From an uncultured Clostridia bacterium (lineage in GTDB: Bacteria; Bacillota; Clostridia; TANB77; CAG-508): a DNA stretch of 51,042 bases. The stretch is from positions 1 through 51,042 of the forward strand of contig CAKPKI010000001.1 of NCBI GenBank assembly GCA_934167135.1, in the 5' to 3' direction. Within the stretch, counting starts at the first letter, position 1; every line of letters starts with the position of its first letter. Positions 44,186 to 51,042 of the stretch are shown in pieces. Made by a program: the position numbers and the translations under genes. Under the pieces are notes generated by a model, which saw nothing but the letters and a program-made list of their open reading frames with translations, made no database searches and was not told the DNA's origin.

Positions 44186-46204
44186 TTAAAACAATGTTTT
44201 AATTTTACTAATCAAATAATGACTTCCACCTAAATCTCTGCCATTTTCTACCATACTTACAACTAATAGTTGATTGTCATTATCGTCTGTTGTAAAACAG
44301 TTAAACCAACCTAATACATCTGCTTGAGCATCTTTTGAAGCTTTTAATTCCGCCGTTCCAGTCTTTCCAGCAATTGTTCTGCCTTGTACTTTCATGTCAT
44401 TTGCAGTTCCTTCTGGATTTTCTACAACTTGAATTAAATCTTCTTTTATTATATCTGCTGATTCTTTACTAAATGCATTTTCAACTAAATATTCTACTGT
44501 ATTAATGTTTTTTGATTCTATATATGGTTTTATCATATTTCCTTCATTTGCAAATGCAGAATATATTGATGCCATATGTATAGGGTTTACCAAAATTTCT
44601 CCTTGTCCATATCCACTATCAGCTAATGTTTTTTCATTTGGTATATCTATTTTATTTGCATATTGAGATTTTGATGTTGTTAATCCAAAATCTATATTTT
44701 CGTTAAATTTAATTTTATCTAATCCATCAGTAAAGTTCTTTTTTCCTATTTTTAATATGGCTTGTGCAAAATATATATTATCTGAATGTATTAATGCATT
44801 TTTTAAATTTTTAGGTCCATCATATGCAGTAAGTGTTGTTATATCATATTCTCCCCAACCATCTTTTTTCCAACTTAATCCACTATATTGGAAAGTATCT
44901 TCTGTGCTTAATGTTCCTGTTGTTAATCCAATTGCTCCTGTTATAGGTTTAAATGTTGAGCCTGGACAATAACTTTGTAAATATCTTGTAAGCATTGGAT
45001 TTTTTTCATTATTTTTTATATTATTCCATTCATCATCACTCATTCCTAATGCAAAGCTATTGGGATTATATGATGGTGTGCTTACAAGAGCCAATAGTTC
45101 ACCCGTTTTTGGTTGCATTACAACGAAAAATCCTTCATCATTTTTTAATTCATTATATAGCTTTGTCTGAATAGTAGAATCTATTGTTAATTTTATTGTT
45201 TCTCCATTTTGAACATCAATTTTTGCAATATCTGTTTTTCTTTTTCCATCTTCACCTTCTATATATATTTCTACTCCATCTTTTCCTTTTAATCTTTCTT
45301 CATATTGTTTTTCTAGTCCTGTTTTACCAATTACACTTGTTGCGGTGTATCCCTTGCCCTTATTTTCTTCTAATTCTTCAGCAGTTATTGTCTGTACATA
45401 TCCTATTAGTTGTGCAGATGCTTCTCCCAAAGGATATGTTCTCCCTTGTGCTGTTGTTATTTTTATCCCAGGAATTTGAAGTAATTGTTCTTTTAGTTCT
45501 GTAGCATCCATGGCTATTTTTTTAACAGGTACAAATGAATCATCTTTTACCCATGTTGCTGATAAACTTTTGTTTATTGAATCTGCTGTTGTTCCTAATA
45601 AATTTGCTACTTTTTCTATGTCGCCTTCTTTGTTGTCACTAAGTTTGCCTGGTACTATTCCTACTGATGATACAGAGCCTTGCTCTGCTAATACTTGCCC
45701 ATTTTTATCAGTAATTGACCCTCTTTCGGCTGATATTGTTTTTATTCTTACTTTATCGTTACTTCCTAATGTTGGGAATATTAAACTAGAGTTCCAATTT
45801 ATTAAATATCCTCTTTCTTTATCTTTTGTTAATCGTACTGTATTATCAAATTTAATTTCTCCCGCATCTGTATTCATTGTTTGATTATATACAATTTTAG
45901 TTGTTGTTGAATTTTCTTCTTCTACAGATGTTATTTGAATTTTCATATCTTCCATTTCTATTCCATCATAGATATTTTTGTTTCTTGAAACAAAATCTTC
46001 TTGTGATATTTGTGATTTTGAATCATTTGTTAACATACTGTACATTTCTTCATATTTTTGTTTGTTAATGTAATCTATGTATGTTTGCCATACTCCCTCT
46101 GGTTTATTTTTGTTTTTATTTAATACTACTGCTGCTATTGTACATACAATCGTTGCTATTACTACGATCGCTACTATTATCCACATTATACTTTTCTTTT
46201 TCAT
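44186..46204 (-). CDS. Class B penicillin-binding protein with a MecA-type N-terminal domain
   Basis: N-terminal TM anchor plus an NTF2-like region, and transpeptidase motifs STFK (GSTFKP), SDN (HSDNIYF) and KTGT (GKTGTAE). Confidence 0.88.
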   Translation of the reverse strand: MKKKSIMWIIVAIVVIATIVCTIAAVVLNKNKNKPEGVWQTYIDYINKQKYEEMYSMLTNDSKSQISQEDFVSRNKNIYDGIEMEDMKIQITSVEEENSTTTKIVYNQTMNTDAGEIKFDNTVRLTKDKERGYLINWNSSLIFPTLGSNDKVRIKTISAERGSITDKNGQVLAEQGSVSSVGIVPGKLSDNKEGDIEKVANLLGTTADSINKSLSATWVKDDSFVPVKKIAMDATELKEQLLQIPGIKITTAQGRTYPLGEASAQLIGYVQTITAEELEENKGKGYTATSVIGKTGLEKQYEERLKGKDGVEIYIEGEDGKRKTDIAKIDVQNGETIKLTIDSTIQTKLYNELKNDEGFFVVMQPKTGELLALVSTPSYNPNSFALGMSDDEWNNIKNNEKNPMLTRYLQSYCPGSTFKPITGAIGLTTGTLSTEDTFQYSGLSWKKDGWGEYDITTLTAYDGPKNLKNALIHSDNIYFAQAILKIGKKNFTDGLDKIKFNENIDFGLTTSKSQYANKIDIPNEKTLADSGYGQGEILVNPIHMASIYSAFANEGNMIKPYIESKNINTVEYLVENAFSKESADIIKEDLIQVVENPEGTANDMKVQGRTIAGKTGTAELKASKDAQADVLGWFNCFTTDDNDNQLLVVSMVENGRDLGGSHYLISKIKTLF

Positions 46205-46353
46205 TTTTTCCTCCTTTTAAGTTTTATTCTTTTGAATATTTTCGTAATTGAATTTTATCATACTTTATTTTTATATTCAATTGTTTAAATATATTTTTAT
46301 GGTAAAAGTTATTACTATCTAATAATTTTGATAAAATTTTCATTAGTAAAAAA

Positions 46354-46385
46354 TAACCAATAAGGTCTAAACCCTATTGGTTATT
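46354..46385 (-). terminator. Terminator of rny
   Basis: ATAACCAATA...TATTGGTTAT hairpin directly after the stop, followed by TTTTT on the minus strand. Confidence 0.65.
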
Positions 46386-46387
46386 TT

Positions 46388-47929
46388 TTATTTTGCATAA
46401 TCTACTACTCTAGTTTCTCTAATAATATTTACTTTTATTTGACCTGGATAATCCATTTCATCTTCAATTCTCTTTGAAACATCTCTTGCAAGCAATGTCA
46501 TTTGATCATCTGAAATTTTTTCTGGTTTCACTATTATTCTAACTTCACGACCAGCTTGTATTGCAAATGATTTTTCAACACCTTCAAATGAATCTGCAAT
46601 TGTTTCTAGGTTTTCTAGTCTTTTTATGTATGCTTCTAATGTTTCTCTTCTTGCTCCTGGTCTTGATGCAGATATTGCATCAGCTGCTTGTACTAGTACA
46701 GCTTCTAATGTCTGTGGTTCTACATCTCCATGATGTGCTTCTACAGCATTTATTACTAATGGATTTTCTTTAAATTTTTTTAATATATCCACACCTATTT
46801 CTACATGTGTTCCTTCCATATCATGGTCTAAAGCTTTTCCAATATCATGTAACAATCCAGCTCTGCGTGCAAGTTTAGTATCTAATCCAAGTTCCTCTGC
46901 CATTATTCTTGCTAAGTTTGAAACTTCTATTGAGTGGTTTAAAACATTTTGTCCATAACTTGTTCTGTATTTTAACTTTCCTATTAGCTTAATAAGTTCT
47001 GGATTTAGTCCTATTACTCCTGTTTCTAATATTGCTCTTTCTCCTTCTGATTTTATAGTTTCCATTAATTCTTCTTTTGCCTTTTCTACCATTTCTTCTA
47101 TTTTTGCTGGATGAATTCTTCCATCATCTATTAATTTTTCAAGTGCAATTCTTGCTACTTCTCTTCTTAATGGATCAAAACCTGATAGTATTACTGCTTC
47201 TGGTGTATCATCTATTATTAAATCAATTCCTGTAAGTGTTTCTAGTGCTCTTATATTTCTACCTTCTCTACCAATAATTCTTCCTTTTATGTCATCTGAT
47301 GGAAGTGGGACTATTGATACTGTTGTTTCTGCTGAGTGGTCTGCTGCACATTTTTGAATTGCATAACTTATTGTTTCTTTTGCATTCTTTTTAGCTTCTT
47401 CCTTAGCTTTTTGTTCTAGTTCTCTAATTAGCGTTGCTTTTTCTGTTGTTATTTCTTGCTCTACTTTTCTTAGTAATTGTTTTTTGGCTTCTTCACTTGT
47501 TAAGTTTGCAACTTTTTGAAGGACTTCAAATTGCTCTGTTTTTAAAGCTTCAATTTCTTTTTCTTTTTCTTTTAATTCATGTTCTTCTTTTTCTAATTCT
47601 TTTTCTTTCTTTTCAAAATTGTCAGAACGTCTTTCTAAGTTTTCTTCTTTTTGTATTATTCTGCTTTCTTGTTTTTGAACTTCGCCTCTTCTTTCTTTAA
47701 TCTCCTTATCTAATTCGTTCCTAGCATTCATTATTTCTTCTTTTGCTTTGATAATTTCTTCTTTTTTTAAATTCTCTGCTTCTATTTTTGCTAGTTCTAC
47801 TAATCTTTTTGCTTCTTCTTCAGCACTTCCTATTTTAGATTCAGCAATTTTTTTTCTTATTACCATTCCTACTGGTATTCCTATTGCTAATGAGATTAAG
47901 ATAGTGGCTACTATGATTAAAATATTCAT
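46388..47929 (-). CDS. rny: Ribonuclease Y
   Basis: N-terminal TM segment, a long coiled coil, a KH domain ([15 protein letters not shown]) and an HD domain (LLHDIGKA). Confidence 0.95.
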   Translation of the reverse strand: MNILIIVATILISLAIGIPVGMVIRKKIAESKIGSAEEEAKRLVELAKIEAENLKKEEIIKAKEEIMNARNELDKEIKERRGEVQKQESRIIQKEENLERRSDNFEKKEKELEKEEHELKEKEKEIEALKTEQFEVLQKVANLTSEEAKKQLLRKVEQEITTEKATLIRELEQKAKEEAKKNAKETISYAIQKCAADHSAETTVSIVPLPSDDIKGRIIGREGRNIRALETLTGIDLIIDDTPEAVILSGFDPLRREVARIALEKLIDDGRIHPAKIEEMVEKAKEELMETIKSEGERAILETGVIGLNPELIKLIGKLKYRTSYGQNVLNHSIEVSNLARIMAEELGLDTKLARRAGLLHDIGKALDHDMEGTHVEIGVDILKKFKENPLVINAVEAHHGDVEPQTLEAVLVQAADAISASRPGARRETLEAYIKRLENLETIADSFEGVEKSFAIQAGREVRIIVKPEKISDDQMTLLARDVSKRIEDEMDYPGQIKVNIIRETRVVDYAK

Positions 47930-48060
47930 AGTTATACACCTCTTTCTTATTTAATTTTCAATGTTCGAATAAATATATCCTTTTTTTATTTTTCTTCTTA
48001 TATATTTTTTCAACCTATTATATTTTATAATTATTATTGTAAACTGTCAAGTGCTTTTGA

Positions 48061-49116
48061 CTAAATTTGTATATAACCATCAAATTTTTCTTGCTCATGT
48101 AAGCTAAATTGAGTAAACATTTTCTTTACATCTTCTAGTTGTTGAATTTGAGCTTTGTCTGCATTTCTTTCTTCCATCAATCTTCTTATCTCATTATATT
48201 CTTTCATATTGTTTGCTTGCTGTTCTTTTAGATACATAACATTTGATTCATATTGTAATTTTTTAAAAACTTCAATCTTATTTTTTCCATCTACTAATTG
48301 TGGGATAAATTTTTCTTCTGCTGTTCCTCTTCTATAAGTATGTAGTTTATATAAATCTATACCTTGCATTATTTTTGACATTGCATCATAAGAATCATTA
48401 TGTCTTGCCAAACTTGTTAATTTCGCTTCACCTTTCATCTTTGGATCTCTTATATCTTCTTCATATCTTTTATGTATAGAAAAAGCACTTGGTAAATTTC
48501 CTACTGCAAGTCCAAAATAGTTTATATCATATTGATAATCTTGAAGCATTTTCTTATTTACTCCTATCATTCCTTGTGATGTTGATGGTGCACATTCTAA
48601 AAGAATATCATAACCATTTTCCATAGCATACATATTTATATCATTTGCATGATCATATGAATCAATTCCTGTTAATGCTCCAAAATGTGCTGGATCCTCT
48701 TCAAATAATTTATCTACATCTGTTCTAAATTTCTTAAAATGGTCTGAATTTATTATTACTGATTTTGGATTTTTTCTTAATACCAATTCTCTTAATCTTG
48801 ATTTTCCAGCACCAGTTTGTGCCAATAAAATATTTGCTTTTGGGTTTAACGATTTTTCCTTTCCCGAAAATACAAATCTTACAATTTTTAAAAATGTTAT
48901 AAAATAATCTTTATCAGATAATCTATTGTTTAACATTCTTTGCCCTAGTTCATAATTAATACTACTAGATATTTCTGGTTCAGCTCTTCTTGAAGTATAC
49001 TCAAATAATTTTTGAGGTGTTTCTGGTAAATCATCTAAAAAATCTTGATTTAATTCTAATAAAGCTTGTTCTAGGGCACTTTCATCTAATTTTCTTCTAA
49101 TATCATTTTTTTGCAT
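48061..49116 (-). CDS. Zeta-toxin-family P-loop kinase with an extra N-terminal region of about 90 aa
   Basis: Walker A AQTGAGKS, followed by INSDHFKKF, DILLECAP and SIHKRYEED, in the order typical of zeta/PezT kinases. Confidence 0.6.
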   Translation of the reverse strand: MQKNDIRRKLDESALEQALLELNQDFLDDLPETPQKLFEYTSRRAEPEISSSINYELGQRMLNNRLSDKDYFITFLKIVRFVFSGKEKSLNPKANILLAQTGAGKSRLRELVLRKNPKSVIINSDHFKKFRTDVDKLFEEDPAHFGALTGIDSYDHANDINMYAMENGYDILLECAPSTSQGMIGVNKKMLQDYQYDINYFGLAVGNLPSAFSIHKRYEEDIRDPKMKGEAKLTSLARHNDSYDAMSKIMQGIDLYKLHTYRRGTAEEKFIPQLVDGKNKIEVFKKLQYESNVMYLKEQQANNMKEYNEIRRLMEERNADKAQIQQLEDVKKMFTQFSLHEQEKFDGYIQI

Positions 49117-49337
49117 TATATTGTCCCTTTCTTTCTCTCATCAAGTATTTTTTTTATAATTCTTCCATTATTCATATATATTTCGTGTTGCATTTTTTCT
49201 AAAACTTCAAGTTTTGCTTTATATATGTTATTTTCTTTTGCTTCTTTACAAACAGCATACTTGTTTGTTATATTTGCTATTTCATTTACTACTATATCTA
49301 AAGCTATTTCAACGTCCTCTTCCATATTTTCCTCCAT
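49116..49337 (-). CDS. Small acidic protein (73 aa), candidate cognate antitoxin
   Basis: Its stop overlaps the zeta-like start. Size, acidity and position fit an epsilon-like partner, but there is no recognisable sequence motif. Confidence 0.4.
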   Translation of the reverse strand: MEENMEEDVEIALDIVVNEIANITNKYAVCKEAKENNIYKAKLEVLEKMQHEIYMNNGRIIKKILDERKKGTI

Positions 49338-50140
49338 TATACTATTTCAAAAGTTTCTAAATCATAGGGTACAAATACATTACCTTTATAATATTTTTTA
49401 GCATCTTCAGTAAATATTTGCTTTCTGTGTTCTAAATTTTTATCAGTTGAATGTGATAAGATTATATTTTTTATATGTAATCTTTCTGCCATTTCTGCAA
49501 CAAATTTTACTGTACTATGATGATGTCTTTCTATGGGGTTGTACTCTTCTGCTTCTTTTCCTGCCATATAAGCATCTGAAAATATCCATTCACAATCTTT
49601 TAAGTATTTTTCTGTTTTAACATTACATACTTCATCTCCTAAGAAAACAAATTGTTTTTTAGGCAAATAATTCATAATAAAACCAAATTGTTTTACTTTG
49701 AATGCATTTAAATCAATAAATGTAACATCATTATCTAAAATTTTTACTTTATCACCATCCTCTACCACATTTAGCTTTATCATTGTTCCTACATGTTTTA
49801 AAAGTCCTACTGGTATTAATGCTTCAGACATTTGCTTTATTGCATTAATAACTAAATCATTTCCATATATATTTAGTGGTATTTCATATCCTCTATTATA
49901 ATATCTTACATATTCACGTATTATCCATATAACACCTAGTATATGGTCTATATGTGTATGTGATATAAATATATTTTTTATTTTTTTCATTTCTATATTA
50001 GTATCTTTTAGGTTGTTTATTATTCCATTTCCACCACCTGTATCTACCAAGAAATATTCATCATTTTTTTCTAGTGCAAAACATGTATTATAGCATTCTG
50101 TAACAGAACCATGACCTGTCCCCAACATAATTATTTTCAT
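49337..50140 (-). CDS. MBL-fold metallo-hydrolase
   Basis: HTHIDH motif and ILSH. The start is at the ATG after AAAAAGGAG (MKIIMLGTGHG). Its stop overlaps the next start as TAATG. Confidence 0.8.
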   Translation of the reverse strand: MKIIMLGTGHGSVTECYNTCFALEKNDEYFLVDTGGGNGIINNLKDTNIEMKKIKNIFISHTHIDHILGVIWIIREYVRYYNRGYEIPLNIYGNDLVINAIKQMSEALIPVGLLKHVGTMIKLNVVEDGDKVKILDNDVTFIDLNAFKVKQFGFIMNYLPKKQFVFLGDEVCNVKTEKYLKDCEWIFSDAYMAGKEAEEYNPIERHHHSTVKFVAEMAERLHIKNIILSHSTDKNLEHRKQIFTEDAKKYYKGNVFVPYDLETFEIV

Positions 50141-50217
50141 AGTCTTCAATCTCCTTTTTGGTATAATTTTAAACATTGTAGATACTATCATATTATGTTG
50201 AAATAAGCAATATTTTA

Positions 50218-50877
50218 TTATATATTTTTAAGTGAAATCATTTTGTCATCAAACTTACTAATCATTTTTGCACAATTAACCAATTCTTTTGAAGTTTTTT
50301 TGTTAACTTCATTCTCTGTTTTATACTTTATTTTATGTTCAAAACTTGCCCAGAAATCCATTGCAAGTGTTCTTATTTGTATCTCACATTTTACATATAT
50401 AGTCTTTTGTGACAATTTTACAGGTACTTCAACAATCATATGATAACTTGAATATCCACTTGGCTTTGGATTTGTAACATAATCTTTTTCCTTTAATATA
50501 TGCACATCTGGTATTTGTTTAATTAAATCTTTAACAAAAAATATATCATCTTTTAGTGTACAAACAATTCTCATTCCTGCAATATCATTAATTTTTTCTA
50601 TTAAATTAAAATATGTCTTTTTATACTTTTTCTTTTCCATTTTTTTAACTATACTTTTAGGTTCTTTTATTCTTGTGTCAACATGGTCTATTAAATCATA
50701 ATTATACATTATCTTAAACTCTTCTTTAATTATATTCATTTGTAATTCCAATTGTTTTAATGCAGATTTATAAAAAAACATGAGCTTGTCAAATGGTTCT
50801 TCTTTAACATTTAATTTTTCCTCCTTATTTTCCAAGAAATTTTCAATTATAGTTAATTCATTTTCCCTCATATCCAA
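50218..50877 (-). CDS. Small alarmone synthetase (RelQ/RelP-type GTP pyrophosphokinase)
   Basis: RIKEPKSIVKKM, DIAGMRIVC, SGYSSYHMIV and EIQIRTLAMDFWASFEHKIKYK. Confidence 0.85.
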   Translation of the reverse strand: MDMRENELTIIENFLENKEEKLNVKEEPFDKLMFFYKSALKQLELQMNIIKEEFKIMYNYDLIDHVDTRIKEPKSIVKKMEKKKYKKTYFNLIEKINDIAGMRIVCTLKDDIFFVKDLIKQIPDVHILKEKDYVTNPKPSGYSSYHMIVEVPVKLSQKTIYVKCEIQIRTLAMDFWASFEHKIKYKTENEVNKKTSKELVNCAKMISKFDDKMISLKNI

Positions 50878-51042
50878 ACTCCTTCCATCTTTTGCTTGGT
50901 ATTTTTGTACAGTTAGTTTATATGTATTTTGTTATGAAATTATTCCTTGTTTGTGTTTTTTGTGTGAATTGTTGAAATTATATTTTTTTATTGATATAAT
51001 TCAGTAAAATAAAAAAATAAGGAGGAATTGATATGTCTACAC

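Noticed and set aside
51033-51042. ATG after AAGGAGGAATTGAT at the right edge
   Set aside because: It is probably the start of a plus-strand gene, but only 10 nt are visible, which is too little to annotate.

Overview
This is a very AT-rich, gene-dense window from a spore-forming Firmicute, probably Clostridia-like (a cwlJ-gerQ pair, RNase Y and a MecA-type PBP are present). Almost every gene is on the minus strand.

The housekeeping backbone is htpG, two tandem mgtE, tyrS, pta plus two tandem ackA, dgkA, a dGTPase, a PBP, rny, a small alarmone synthetase, two two-component systems, an FtsX-type ABC exporter and a VanY-like carboxypeptidase.

Accessory content interrupts this backbone:
1. A 7.08 kb large-serine-recombinase element (about 7922-14998) is inserted inside an ABC-transporter ATPase gene. 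I could reconstruct both halves of that gene, a shared 6-bp core (CTTCTG) and attP-like inverted arms. The element's cargo includes an orphan P-loop NTPase fused to two tandem Csx3-like (cyclic-oligoadenylate ring nuclease) domains, co-oriented with a LysR regulator and an unknown acidic protein. It also carries a LytTR/membrane-protein pair. There is no CRISPR array and no cas gene in the window.
2. A radical-SAM/SPASM gene is followed by an unannotated 35-aa Lys-rich peptide ORF ending in TCRMCG and by two unknown proteins, which makes it a candidate RiPP-like cluster. It is flanked by a NUDIX gene and a MetRS paralog that lacks the zinc-knuckle insertion.
3. The left 2.7 kb looks like the end of another mobile element (XRE regulator, divergent MetK with a shortened loop, AP2-domain protein). 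It abuts a truncated ABC permease gene.
4. A roughly 240-bp nested-palindrome repeat occurs in two inverted full copies and one miniature copy, all intergenic.
5. There is a zeta-toxin-like kinase with a small upstream partner.
6. Two apparent single-base frameshifts are present, one in an amidase and one in a membrane GGDEF protein.

I recognised no rRNA, tRNA or CRISPR array. All functional calls rest on motif recognition by eye from the translations, and no database search was run.
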